A DNA stretch of 64,000 nt from Paraphysomonas bandaiensis (Eukaryota; Protista; Chrysophyceae): contig CBFFRP010000068.1 in NCBI GenBank assembly GCA_965644295.1, positions 1-64,000 of the forward strand. Reading direction: 5' to 3'. A program made the position numbers and the translations under genes. Within the stretch, counting starts at the first letter, position 1, and each line of letters opens with the position of its first letter. Under the pieces are notes generated by a model. It did no database searches. It saw only the letters and a list, made by a program, of their open reading frames with translations, and had not been told where the DNA came from. Shown here one piece after another: positions 1 to 13,193 of this stretch.

Positions 1-780
1 AATCGGTTTCCGTCGTTGATTGTCGTGACGAGGTACTGTCTTATTTATATGCTTTGACCTTTCTAATAGGCTGAATTTTATATGCGTTTTTTTATCTTTA
101 GTTTTATATGCATTAATTCTTTAACTTTTTAGGGTAAGGACTGTGCTGTTGCCGATATTGACGATGTACCTCCTGTTGAAAGAAATTCCAGTAGTCTTCG
201 GATGCCATCTGCGATAACACGAGACCGAGGGTCTCCTGCAAGGCAAAACCAAGGATCCAAGCATCTATTGCTTCTTTCAACATCGTCGTCATCGAACTCT
301 ATAGGTGCAGCCGTAGCTGTTACATCAGCGAAGGCAAGCACACCAGAGCGTAAAAGTGGAACTCTGTGTTCGCCGAAATTATCTTCGCCAAACCCGCTCA
401 GTCCCGAACCCTCTATGCCTGATACGGGCTTTCGAACACCGGAACGCAACGGCATGCTTGCAGATTTATCTCTGTCAAGTCTCTCTCATTTGTCAAATGA
501 GTATATGGAGAAGTTTTCTTCGGGGTCACGGAAGAGTCTTGCAACTCCATCATCTGATATAGATTTGTCAAAGTATGCAAGTTCTTCCGCTCTCAAAAAT
601 AGCTCTCCACACTTTTTGTTTGATGAAGAGGCCGTGTACCGCGACCCGACTCCTGTGAAGTCTGTCCTACATAAGAGAGAATATGAAAGAGATAACTTCA
701 ATACTTATTTTGCCAGACGGCCAAGTTTGGAACTGACTGATGACGAAAGTAATGACTATGGTGTTGGAGAAAATAACTAG
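1..780 (+). CDS. 3' part of a Ser-rich hypothetical protein (partial; exons <1-32, 133-780)
   Basis: GT at 33 and TTTTAG at 132 join SVSVVDCRDE to GKDCAVADIDD..., in frame with ORF 202-780; low-complexity, no recognisable domain. Confidence 0.7.
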
Positions 781-1774
781 CGATGATGTATTATTAGTTT
801 CATATATCAGATGTATTGTCAGATGGTGTCAGGAGATAATGCAGCTGTAGATAGTACATTCTGGTAATAATATATACAGAGTTATATCATTTGTACAAAG
901 TTTTATTGGTGTGAATTAGAAAACATCTTAAAACCCTCATATGATATTATACATGTTATCAATGGTATTTGAATAGACCGTGGCATTTTTCCTGTATGTT
1001 TTCTTAAAGAGATACCGATAGTAGAAATGCTTCATCAGCCGGAATATTAACATCGCCTGACCTGGGCCAGAGAAGTACATGGTGCCAATATCAAGTACCA
1101 ATATAAATTATATTTCGTGTTCTCTATAGTTGTCATGACGCTGGGCAGCAGAATGCAAGAGGTGCGACGACATAGTCTACAATATATAAATCAATAAGTT
1201 ATTCTTGGTTGAAATCGCACCAAGTCATGAACTTTTTCTATAGTTACAGCACAACAGAATAGGGGAAACTTATGCTGCGTAAGAACACACAGCTGCGTTA
1301 AGCTTTGGTAAATATTTGCGACCATAATTGTTCTGTTGTGTACCGCTGTACTGATGAAATCATGCACACGAGAAAAGAAAATGTTTTATATCATTACAAG
1401 ATTCTTTGAGTGAATGTCCTAGGAACTGGTAAAAGTTCATAATTTGCAATTTGCAAATCAAACAAAAAAACAATGACTATTACCACAACTGTATCTAAAA
1501 CAAACAAACATACTATAATATGAACTGGTGTTATCTCTACTAGATTGTCATCAGATAAAAGTAACGCATTAAAGTAAGCCTATTTTGGCAGGGTATATAC
1601 ACATATTACACACGTATTTAAACTTTACTTCATTAGTTGCAATAATCGACGTACTAGTTTTCTATATCAATCTTACGTACAATAACCACTGATACAGGTG
1701 TATATATACAAAAAACATTACAGCAACGAGTGTGTTCAGTTAGATTAAAGTATGTATAGTACTCATTGGAGTTG

Positions 1775-2178
1775 TGTTAGGGCCTGTCTTAGTAGGAATA
1801 CTCAATACTTGCGTGTATGCTCAGAATTCAGTAAAAATGGTTTGTTTTATTAGTGAAACTGAATAAAGAATGCTGGAACGATTGCTTGTAGTAATCTGTA
1901 AACTGTATAGCAGCACATGTGTGTGAGTACTATATATGTATATGTATGAGGGGCTACTAGTCCGAAGTGGTGTGTTGATATTACTAAACACGCATATGAG
2001 TGAATGCAGTTACGACTCTCATTGTATCGTAATGGATGGCTTATGTGGTATGAAATAACTAGTAGGGATAACTGACTAGTTGTGATATCATCTGAAGCCT
2101 TCATAGTGTTGTTTCTGTATGTGTTATATATGTCATACTGTCTCTCCGACTACAATATAATTCATAGTGTCGGGTACA
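1775..2178. repeat. Possible LTR relic
   Basis: TGT...ACA boundaries, AATAAA at ~1862, purine-rich TGAGGGATA abutting it on the minus strand, gag relic nearby; no second copy or TSD. Confidence 0.25.
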
Positions 2179-2300
2179 TATCCCTCACTGCTTACTGTGG
2201 AAGCATGCATGAAGACAATACTTGAAGATCCAAACCCTCTGTCTGTACACACCTATAGTATACGTACATACATACATATACATACATACCTACATACATA

Positions 2301-2490
2301 CCGCAGAGAAAATTACGGTACTCGGTCTACTCGTTAACGGATGTTACAGATCGTACAGGGACAGAATACCCCCGGTACCTTTTCGTACAGTCTACACTGC
2401 AGGTAGTCAAAAGGTAGCGGGGGTATTCTGTCCGTGTACGATCTGTAACATCCGTAAACGAGTAGACCGAGTACCGTATTTTTCTCTGCG
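2301..2490. mobile_element. Foldback MITE (~190 bp), TA-flanked
   Basis: ~80-bp near-perfect inverted arms CGCAGAGAAAATTACGGTACTCGG... / ...CCGAGTACCGTATTTTTCTCTGCG; TA at 2299-2300 and 2491-2492. Confidence 0.85.
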
Positions 2491-2502
2491 TAAGAGGAAA
2501 TT

Positions 2503-3400
2503 ATGAAGAAAACAACGAACGACAAGCCAACAAGATATGCAAGATTTGGCAAGAAACCGAGCACCGATAAACCAGAACATGTCCCGATATTAAGATACGG
2601 TGCCTACTCGAACCTTGCCACATTCAAACAGAGGCTTGTAGTGGTGGGCATGCAAAAGTACGGTAACTTTGCACGCCTAGTAGAGCTGGACAAAGATTAT
2701 GAGCCCGATGCGATAAACCAAGAGAAATTTGACTTGGACAATGACCCCTATGGAGTCAACCTCGACTTGATGAAGGACAAGATCAAGACCAGAGGGAGAT
2801 TGATAGACAAGATGTTGTATGCAGATCGGCATTGTACTCGTCCATGATAGACCATCTGAGCCAAGAATCAATGAACGCAGTCAAGCTGTTAGATGAGTAC
2901 GAGATTATGAACAGGACCAAGGATCCACTATTGCGATGGTTAGCTATCAAACGAACGCACAAGGTGTCTACTAACTCCAGCGTAAGTACAGTGGTACGCG
3001 CGGAAGCAAGGAGAAAGTACCAGGAGGCCAAACAAGGCGCATATGAGAGCATAGATACTTACAAGGAGCGATTTGACCACCTATTGGAGGCATACAAAGA
3101 CATGAATAATGCAGAAATGAATGAAGAAGATATTGCGATGAACTTCTTCGAAGGGTTAGATGACACAAGACTAGCTATCTCAATGATCTAACAATGGGAA
3201 CACAGGAAGCATCTAAGCATGTCAACGAAATATATACAAAGGTATCAAAATATCTGACGCCAATGAGAGCGCTGAGAACGAGCGGCGGAGCTGCATTCGT
3301 GAACAAATCGAGCACCGGCAAAGACAAGAAATCAGCAGATAGTGATGCTATACCAGAGCAACAATAGAGGAATGACACGAAATCACACAGCAGCAAACGT
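2503..3400 (+). pseudogene. Frameshifted LTR-retrotransposon gag relic
   Basis: ORFs 2503-2847 and 2832-3191 overlap in different frames; motifs DPLLRWLAIKRTH, KQGAYESIDTYKERF, AMNFFEGLD resemble copia-type gag; no pol follows. Confidence 0.7.
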
Positions 3401-3596
3401 GCTCAGAAATCCTGGAAGCAGCAGCATGTGAGGCAGGAAATTATGCTTCACTCCTACACAACGTATCGGCTTCCTGTGTATATTTTTGTTCACATATGCC
3501 TCTAATATTGAGACAACAATTATGTGTATTCCAGCCGTATTTGTATGTAATTAATATAGAGTAGTTTTACTTCAAGTAATTACCGAAAAATAAGAT

Positions 3597-3900
3597 GCAT
3601 ACGTAAACTCTGCATAACAAAACACCATACGTACATACACAATACATACATACATACATACATACATACTGTACGTACATACATACATACATACTGTACC
3701 TACATACATACATACATACATACATACTGTACGTACATACATACATACATACATACATACATACTGTACGTACATACATACATACATACATACTGTACCT
3801 ACATACATACATACATACATACATACGTACATACATACATACACACATACATACAAGAGCAGTACGTACGTACTGCTGTATATGAATGTATAAGTACATA
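3597..3900. repeat. Compound (TACA)n microsatellite with interspersed TACTG/TACG variants
   Basis: Direct reading. Confidence 0.95.
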
Positions 3901-4023
3901 TATCACAGACATTGATTTGAAAAGGAGTGTTTCAATCTCAGCAGATATACATACAGTCCATCATACCCACCTCATACATATCACACACTCTGATCCCACA
4001 CATACATCCCTAATTAATCAAAC

Positions 4024-4823
4024 ATGCCAGAAGTGCATTTCATTGGGACAATAGACTCTGTAACAGGCCTTCCAGTTCAATCTCTATCTCTCACATGGGC
4101 TATAGTTCCACGTACATACATACATGCATACATATACATATAGTGACATATATTTACAGGAAATTCGAAATGGTTTATACAAAAAGGTTCATTTTTTGGT
4201 GAAACACATACAGGAAATGTAACGGTAATGATCACATATAGATATGTATGTGTATGTAATCGTGTGTATGTATGTATAGGAAGAAGGGACGGCTACTATG
4301 AACCATCCAATAGATGCACAGTTTAATACATCTACATCAGAAGGATGGCCATTTTTAGTTTGTGAAGTAATTTTCTTTCTTTTTATTATTGATTATATAT
4401 AACGTTAGTTATATGATAGGTATGGGACAGATCATTCGATGGATCGAGAGGGTTTTGTGGATGTGGATGTGTTTGGCTTCCTAGTAGTTATGGAAAACAT
4501 GACCTTGAAATTATATTATGGAAGCCGACTGTTCATAAGTTGTTGAGCATTCAAAAGTTGTCTGGTAATGTGTGTTGTGTGCTTGGTTTCTCAAGTAACA
4601 TCTAACAGATTACTACATCCCAAACGTACCTGACCTTGAAAACATGAGAGAGATAGCGATTAATGCCAATCTTAGATCAGCAACAAAGGTTTGTCGCGCT
4701 GCGTGATATGTGTACCGTTTAACATGTATTTGTCTCCTTCAGACGGCCAGCATTGGTACTGTTTCCGTAACAATGTACACCCTGACCACAAGTGATTTTT
4801 CCACTTATGGGGTGGAGTTGTAA
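4024..4823 (+). CDS. B9D2: B9 domain-containing protein 2 (ciliary transition zone, MKS module); 6 short exons, absent from the ORF track
   Basis: Spliced translation MPEVHFIGTI...WAIVP-GNSKWFIQKG..GETH-..MNHPIDAQF..EGWPFLVCE-VWDRS..GCGCVWLPSSYGKHDLEIILWKP-...TASIGTVSV..FSTYGVEL* follows the B9D2 pattern (MAEVHxIG, HPID, GWP, WRP, YGVE). Confidence 0.9.
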
Positions 4824-5224
4824 GAAGAGGGGTAGTATAGTATATTATAGCGTAGTGAAAAGTTATATATTGTTTGTTGTGTGTTAGAAAGGTACTTTTT
4901 GCATGTTTAGGAATGCTGTTACTGTGTGCGATAAATCATTGTGATCGATACTGAGCATAAATAGTCAAAATTTGGATATTTCGGGACATGCTCGCGCCAC
5001 GCCACATGGAAATACTTTGACGAAGGGAAGATACATTCAGCATTAATTGTAATTTCACATATCCACTGTTTAACTTCTACTTATTTCTCCATAGATTCAA
5101 TATGGTTGAATTATCTTGTCAATGATAATTATGGGATTGGAAAAATAATTAATGGTTCAAATTAGTCAGCTTTCAGTTAAAAACTAGAAATTATTCTCGC
5201 CTCTTGCTACTTGCTATGCTAATC

Positions 5225-5500
5225 GAATAAACAGGCATCCGGAAATGGGCCCACCACAAGGGCATCCGGGACAGGGCCCACCTGAAGGGTAACCGGGGTA
5301 TTGGGTATTGGGCTGCCTGCTGAAGTCAAGCATCCGGGATGTTCACCTTAAGAACTCAGAGCGGAAGTGGTTGCACCTTGGTGCTTGCGGTGACGCACAA
5401 GCAGCTTTCGTGGCGTTAAATAGTAGGGTAATAGAGTTTGTACTGATTAGTTACAGGTAGAGGTCTAACTAGGTTGACTAGCATTCATCTAGCTACTGAA
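5225..5500 (+). repeat. Dispersed LTR-like repeat family A, copy 1
   Basis: Shares GAATAAACAGGC...GAAGTGGTTGCACCTTGGTGCTTGCGGTGACGCACAAGCAGC core with 5648-6002, 20861-21344 (rc) and 63135-63510 (rc); internal ~26-bp tandem duplication. Confidence 0.75.
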
Positions 5501-5647
5501 TCGGTGCAGGCTTTATATATGGGGGATAAGTACCGGAGACATTTCTCCCGGAAACTAACGTGAGTCTCATATATAGTCAGCAGATATATTTCTGCCCACT
5601 CATTGTCAAATACTTGTGTGGTACAAGGGACAATAAGAAGTGTAGAC

Positions 5648-6002
5648 GAATAAACAGGCGGCACCCGGGAATGGGACCTCAAGGCTGCTTGCTAAAGTCA
5701 CACATCCAGGCCGTTCATTTTAAGGACTCAAAATCCTGAAGTTAGCAGATGTCAGGTATATCAACATTCTGCTTGCTCACTGCGTTTGCTTTGAGTGATA
5801 GAGCGAAAGTGGTTGCACCTTGGTTCTTGCGGAGATGCATAGTAGCGCTAAATATAGTAGGATATTAGAGTTATGCACTAAGTAGTTGCATTGTTTTGCT
5901 ACATTAGTTCGGACTCTTACACTCCTATTGCTAATAATCAGACATTCACTACTGACTTCTCCATATTTATAATGATCTGTAGTATGAGTTTCTCTCGTCA
6001 CA
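5648..6002 (+). repeat. Dispersed LTR-like repeat family A, copy 2
   Basis: Colinear similarity to 63135-63510 (rc) and to copy 1. Confidence 0.75.
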
Positions 6003-6833
6003 CTCTGTGTTCTAATGCGCTAGCGACGCCTATGCTTTTGAACTACGATTAAACTGCCATATTTTTACTACTTAGACTATTATCTTGAATCATAGTACAA
6101 GCTACAAGCAATGCATACAGCTGGTGCCGTATATATTACAAAGTCACTAATATTGCATATTTCATCATTTGTATATAGGTATATTTCAAAGTAGACAGGT
6201 TAACAATTCAAGATTAATATATGACAAGATACACTACTAGAAAAACGCATTTGAGATTGTGCAGTATATCTACTTTCACAGGCTAACTCCAATATTAATT
6301 TTTTGTATGATGCTTTTTAGGTGTCCCATAATTCAATGTGAATACATCAAAGTAGCAATACTTGATTCAGCGAATTTGTTTCAACAACTCTATCCATATG
6401 TAGTCTAATATACTATATAGCAATATAGTACTCAGACATTACTGTTATATATCTAGAAATAGTGTGAACATCTTCTCCATTAATTCGTACATTATTATCA
6501 AGATAGACAACTATTCAAAAACGCTGTTTGAGTTGAGCATTGCCTTGTTGAATTAGGACTAATTTTTGATTATCGACAAGGCAACCAACCCGTCTTACCA
6601 GATATACGGCTTTGTTTATTTTACAAGTATGTTATACGCTTTGCACTATGATAAGAGCAATTTCTACTATGGTCACTGCTGTCCACTATTCAAAAGGAAC
6701 TGGTCCAGGGCATCAACTTATAACTACAAATTGCATACTAGAATGAGGATATAAACAGGGCACAATCATACTCGACTATCTGCTGTTAGAACTAGAATTC
6801 ATATGTAGTAGTTACGTAATGAGACTGATAAAA

Positions 6834-9800
6834 CTATTTTTTCTTGTCTCGATTGGTGAACATCATAATCACCATGGCGGCGACGGCATATCCGAAGCCA
6901 TTCCACATTAACGCCGTGATATCGTAATCAAAGTTATCGACATTATATCCAATTTTATCCAGTCCGGCATCCACGTCCATGTATTCCTCTCCTTCAAGTG
7001 GTCCAGAAGGGACCGTTTCATAGTACTTAATCTGAGACACATAGAATGCCTCGATAGCCCAACGGGTTCCGGATAGACGCCATAGCCAACGAATTCCATC
7101 CGGAAGGTCCTGAACTTCATTTATTGTGGGATTGGACCCAGAAAATCCAACAGCATAGATCAATGCAAATAACACCCCCGTAAGAAATACATTCTTTGGG
7201 GACACGATGGTCGAAAGAAAAAAACCAAGAGACCATGCCCACCAGTACATCGCAAAAAAGAGTTCATACAATTGTCCAGAAGTTCCTGTGTTTGGAAATC
7301 GAATAAGAAACGCTAACCAGAAAAATAGCGCAGCGCATATAATATTAGGTACTTCAACGATCCACTTGGCAATGAAGTAAGAGGAAGTCTTGAGCCCTGC
7401 AGAGTTCTCGCGCCAGTAGTTGACTTGTTCATTCCCAAAGGTCAGAGTAGATATAGAAATCGCCGCGAAAATAGTTCCAAATGTTAGAAAGTTAGCAGTA
7501 CCTTGGTAGCTGTCAAACAGTGGCGACGTACATGTCGCCTTTAAATCACGAGTTACTGTCGCACAGATAACGTCCGGTAGTGGACCAACATACTGAAGGT
7601 CCGAAGAAACTGAAGACACCACCAATGCAACACCAAGATGAATCATCATTTGACCCATGAATGCTCCAAATCGACGATACTTCTGCTTAAAAGCTCGGAC
7701 AGTGCACACATAGAGCTGAACAAAAAACCCTGGACAATTTCGAATTTCGTCGGTACGAGTGATATTCTTCACGGTCTGAATAGTCATATGGCGTATGTGG
7801 TCAAGGAAATCTGACACAATACTGATAAAGAAATTGATCAGTGAGTCAACAAATATGACACATGCTGCTGGACTCAGAAACGGATTCAATTCAGCTCGTA
7901 CACGAATTGCATGCTCTGCAGAGTGTACTGACACAGGGTTCGCGATCCATCTATTGTTTTCGGCCTGTTCTACCGCAGATTCAACGTCTTTCAATAATGT
8001 GTCTCCCTCAACACTTCTTAGATCACCGTTCAAAGCTTGAGAACTGTTATAATCCACAGGGAATCCATTAATCTGCTAAATGTCATGCAAAATACGAAAG
8101 TTTGAGAGTGTAGTGATACCTTATTCTCCCAAAACCTAAAAAGGTCAGCTGGTGTGAAGTCTGGGTCACCCAACCGATCCACTGCTCCGTTAGCAACATC
8201 TAAATAGAAGTCCGCTGGGTTTGTGAGTCCCTTTGAAACAAACCCAATCGACTCGAAATAAGCTTGGGCATCGACAATAGGACCATGATAGACCACTTGC
8301 CCACCTTTTCCCAGCAACAACAAATCATCGAATTCCATGAAGGCCTGGATTGATGGCTGGTGTATAACAGAGGCAATAGTTACACCAGACTGGATTGCAA
8401 TGTCCTTCAGCTGTCTGGCGAGTACGGCAGATGATGTCGAATCCAAGCCACTAGTAGGCTCATCCTGAACATATGTGACATAAATCAATACAATTGACGT
8501 CTGAATGAACATACCAAAAATAATACTTTGGGAAGCGCGACTAGCTCAATACCAATATTCACCCTATGTACGACTTCATCAGTAACAAATCACTATAAAA
8601 TAATAGAGGTCAAGTACCTCTTTCTCTGCCCACCCGACACACCGCGCTCCCGCTCATCACCTAGGTATGCCATTGTTACGCACAAAAATTCAAAAAATCC
8701 ATTCATTACCGATGATAGAATTGTGTACATGATCAATTCCAAGAGATAAGAGGGTTTCATTTACCACAGTATCTCTCTCAGCTTTACTCATTTCAACTGG
8801 AAGGCGATACGACGCCGAAAATTCAAGATTGTCCCTGACAGTCAGTTGACGAATCATGACATCCTCTTGGGGCACAAATCCCACAAGTTTCTTCCATCTG
8901 TACACTGTTAGCACAGCTTTGCAAGAAGTAGCTTACACATACTTAGATAAATCGTCGACTGTTTCCCCGTTCACCTTGATCGTTCCGCTTGTTTTACGAG
9001 CTTTGCCTGTGATGAGGTTTATGATAGTCGTTTTCCTATTTATTCGGACGATAGAGATCAGGTGTGAACGATACTGCAATAAAATAAACGTACCCCGCTC
9101 CTGAAGGCCCCATAATAGCACACATTCTCCTCGGCTCGAATTTACCCGAGACACCCTTCATGATTTGCACACCAGACGGCAGTATCATTCCCATGTCACT
9201 GAATTCAATCACATATGTGATATCACTATTTACTTGGGCCTGTTCCACTGGGTACATCGGGTCTTCCTTGGTCGTAACTTGCATATGGGTTGGAGAAGGA
9301 TTGGCTCGTACAGACAATGGTCTCTCACCTCCACTCAAGGTTGAGTTACTCGACTGGCGTACTAAAGGATGTCTTCCATCGACAGTATTAAGGCGTTCAA
9401 TGGCCGCGTATGATAACTCTTCGATGTCTTTTCCGTCTTCTCTCGCTAGGGTAAGTCTGTAGTTGTTAGACTCCTGTACCTTCGTCTCAATGTAGTATTT
9501 GACAAGGAATATAAGATAGCAAATAGCTGCGATAATTGGTATAGCTATGAGGGCACTACTTCTACTGGAATCTTCTGAACCAGCGGGACAACCACTACCA
9601 GTACATTGTAGTCCTTCAACAAAGCCAGTCTTACAGTAGTATCCCTCTTTACACTCCGCTATAACCTCAGGCGTCTCACAGAAGTGCTGAAACAATAAAT
9701 AAGATGACGCGGAAAACAGCAATATGATCATACTCCTGCACAACAGTATGACGGCGTCAAAGTATTTGGAGGACAATAGAAGCCTATGAAAGAGACCATG

Positions 9801-10179
9801 AGTACACTATAAGCACACTATAAGTACATTATACATACATACACATACATACATACAACATCCATCCATGCATACATACATGCATACATATCTATATATA
9901 AGACACGTATAGTAGTATCTTCTGACCTGGTGTACATGGACATTGTAATTCATTATCACTTGATCGAATAATACAATTAGCTTTTAAAATAGTATCAATA
10001 TTACTATTAATTTCATCAGCTGTATATCCAGGACAGTAATATCCAGCTGGACATGTGAGATTGCCATCTGTTTGTTGACATTTACATGATGATGAGCTTG
10101 CACCTGGACATACAACAGTTTCTCCAAAACATGGTATAAGAATAGAAGAAAATAAACCAATCCAATAAATGAAATTCAT
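6834..10179 (-). CDS. ABCG-family half transporter with N-terminal signal peptide and Cys-rich extracellular domain (multi-exon)
   Basis: Signal peptide MNFIYWIGLF...; CPAGYYCP repeats; TM helix; Walker A GPSGAG|KTT split by an intron; GFVPQED; VSGGQRKR; DEPTSGLDS; IHQP; C-terminal ABC2 membrane domain with YWRE. Confidence 0.93.
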
Positions 10180-10239
10180 TTGATTATCTATATGATGATA
10201 CAGACTTATAGTTTGTTAATTATGATACATAGAGATATT

Positions 10240-10289
10240 CATACATACATACATACATACATACATACATACATACATACATACATACA
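10240..10289. repeat. (TACA)n microsatellite upstream of the ABCG gene
   Basis: Direct reading. Confidence 0.9.
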
Positions 10290-11573
10290 GTGAGAGTGAA
10301 GTCAAAGTACGTAATTGTTATATAGGGGAATGTTCTCAGCTTAATATTTCTGTGGCTCATAGGGAATTTCTAAGAATTCCTACTTTGTTTATCTATAAAT
10401 CTGGACATTTTAATTCCCTAAAGTCCCGAAATCCCTAAAAAATCCCTCATGTGGACAATACAGACGAAAAATGCAATGAAATTACATATTTTCTAGAGCA
10501 CTGTACACATGTAGAGTGAATGGGACATACAATAGTGGTGCCATTTTATATGCGTGGAAACAACTTTTGCTTTAGGGCAACTATTTTACAGAAATGAAAT
10601 CTGATATATTGTATAGTACCTGAATTCATCGTAAAGGTCAGAAAATCAACGGATAGTACTGACCATCTCGATAGGGATGTATTTATTTCAAACAGATGCT
10701 GCCGACAGTGATGGCGACGAACGTAGCACCCGAAGTGATAGTAACTGAGAATCTGCGGCTGAGGGTTGGTCGTCTGTGAATTGGTCAGTGCCTCTGAGTC
10801 AATGTCTTTCCTTTTTTCATAGGGACTAAACGCCAGAGAGGTTGTAGAAAGTCGTCCATTCTAATAGCTCTCAATTAGTAGTAGAGGTTTCTTGAACAAC
10901 AGATTGTTTCTAGTTGTGATATATGGTTATTACTGACTATGATAAGGTACTTGTATCGTGTAATCAATACTTTTAATAACCAAGGACTGAGGGTAATCGC
11001 AGGACTATTGCTTTGTGAGCCGTGTAAGTAAATAACTTGTGGTATTCTTTCCACTATAGGCCAATACTCACTACAACGCAAACGACGACAGCTCATGTAA
11101 AATATAATCATGCAAACTCTTTATTGATTAATATCAAATACTGATAGGTTATTCCGCTGATTTCTGTAACAACGTAGCTATGACCACAGCAGAATAACTA
11201 CGATACACTCACGTATCGCTTCAACACATTTATGCTCTATTAAGAAGTGAAATTAAAGTAAGTGGGACAAAGTGTACAGAACGTAGAAAACATACAGTTT
11301 CTAGACTTTAGTACACTTGGCTGAGTCCGAAATTATGCAAGGTCTGTACATTTAGTCTAACAATACAGTTGTAAGTAAGAAGATTTCTGTTTTATATAAC
11401 ACAAGAATAGCAAACGGCTTGTGTGAAGTAGAATTGTTCAAGTGAGATAGCTCAAGAATACAACAGATATTATATTAAACTATGGGATATATTTCTCAAC
11501 CTAGTCAATTTATTGACAGGTCCTCTAATAGATCCCTTGAGCTACTAAAAACACCTTCTCACAACGAATAGCA

Positions 11574-12659
11574 CTACACAGCTGCTCCTACCCCAAAGCG
11601 TTCTATGTATAACTCGAGCCACTTTCCATTTTTTTCCCTATCTTCATCGGTGAATCTATCTATAAAAAGTACCTACATACAATGTCAGAAATTAGAGGAA
11701 TCTCGAAAGTCTCGGTGCTACTATGTGTGTATTGCTCATTCAGCTCTACGACATCATACATAATACAAACGTAGCATTTAAATTCACCACTTCACATGTC
11801 GTTAGTAATCACCTGGTCGATATGATCATACTCATGCTGCACAATCCTAGCCAACAGCCCCATAAACTCAATTCGACTATGATTTCCGTTTATGTCCTGA
11901 TATTTCAATTGAACACGCTTACTTCGAGTAATTATACCACTAATTTTAGGAAATGACAAGCATAACTCTTCGTCTTGGTCACATTCAGGTGACATGTTAA
12001 TAATCTACGGATACTACGTCAGCGGCTGCTTACACATCAGCATTTCAAATTCACGTACAACCCTTTGCATAGTCAGAAGTCAACTAAATGCAACATACCT
12101 GTGGGTTTATGAGAACTATTTCCGAGTCTTTCCTCGATGGATCACCATGCTCATTGAAAACTAGTAACCGCTTATTTATTCCAACCTTATATCATATATA
12201 TTAGGCATATGCGGGTACGTATTATCATTTCTGTAACCTGTGGGGCAGCCAGACCAACACCACCTTGCATATACATCGAATAGAACATATTCTTCACTAC
12301 ATTCTTTAATTCAGTATCAAATTCCGTTATAGTTTCATTCTCTGCTCGTAACTAATAACCCATAAATTAGACAACTCTATATGATGTATGGTATCATCAT
12401 GCCACAGTACGATAGCAATACCTGTGGATGAGGATACTTTAGAATTCTTAGATACTTGGGTGTATTCTTACTACCAACACTCTGAATTAATAATAATTAA
12501 TTAATTAAGTTTCAGTTTTATTGAGAGTATTTATATATATGTATGCATGTATGTATGTGTATGTTGTTATCAGTAGATTGTATATTGTACACTTACCCTG
12601 GCAAAACTCCTGACATTCTGTCGTATGGGTGTTATTAAACGTAACCGAGTATGACTCAT
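11574..12659 (-). CDS. PDF: Peptide deformylase, organelle-targeted (multi-exon)
   Basis: ILKYPHP, GVGLAAPQ|VG, EELCLSFP, ARIVQHEYDH, VLFIDR; Arg-rich N-terminal presequence MSHTRLRLITPIRQNVRSFA. Confidence 0.9.
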
Positions 12660-12934
12660 GATTATATTGATTGAGTTACAAATAGTTGTTAAGTATATGT
12701 GTTCTTATAAACATAATAGTGATGTTTTCATAGCATAGATACAGCACATCCATATGTACCTGTACATGTACAAGCAAATGCTGCTGTATAAAGGGTACTG
12801 TGGTACTGTACATACAGTATAGAAGCACAGAGTATAGTGATAATGAGTGGTCAAATTCCTTTTACGAATCATATTTCTCGAATACATATTCCTGTAATAT
12901 GATTTGTTAATACCCTCTCCGCCCATAATATTTA

Positions 12935-13108
12935 CGTATCGGCAGTCAGCATCTTATTTTTCGGGAATAAATTGAAGCAAAAAAACTCTATACAACTGCA
13001 GTATAACTACGGCTACAATATATATAATTGTTATCTCAATAGTAGAGGCATCTTTGTACAAAAATATACCCAAGGATGCCGATAGCTCCATATACACTGC
13101 TGTGTACA
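12935..13108 (+). repeat. Dispersed repeat family B, copy 1 (MITE-like relic)
   Basis: Colinear with 26487-26650: GGCAG.CAGCATCTTATTTT..., AGAGGCATCTTTG.ACAAAAATATAC..AAGGATGCC, CACTGCTGT. Confidence 0.85.
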
Positions 13109-13193
13109 TATATATATATATGAAGATGCATGATAGTGAACATCTCATACATAACTATACCATTACAATACCAATACCCTAAAGAATAAGACT

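Noticed and set aside
1020-1200. Tc1-like peptide fragments (HRLTWARE, SPDL)
   Set aside because: Too short, overlapping in different frames, no TIRs
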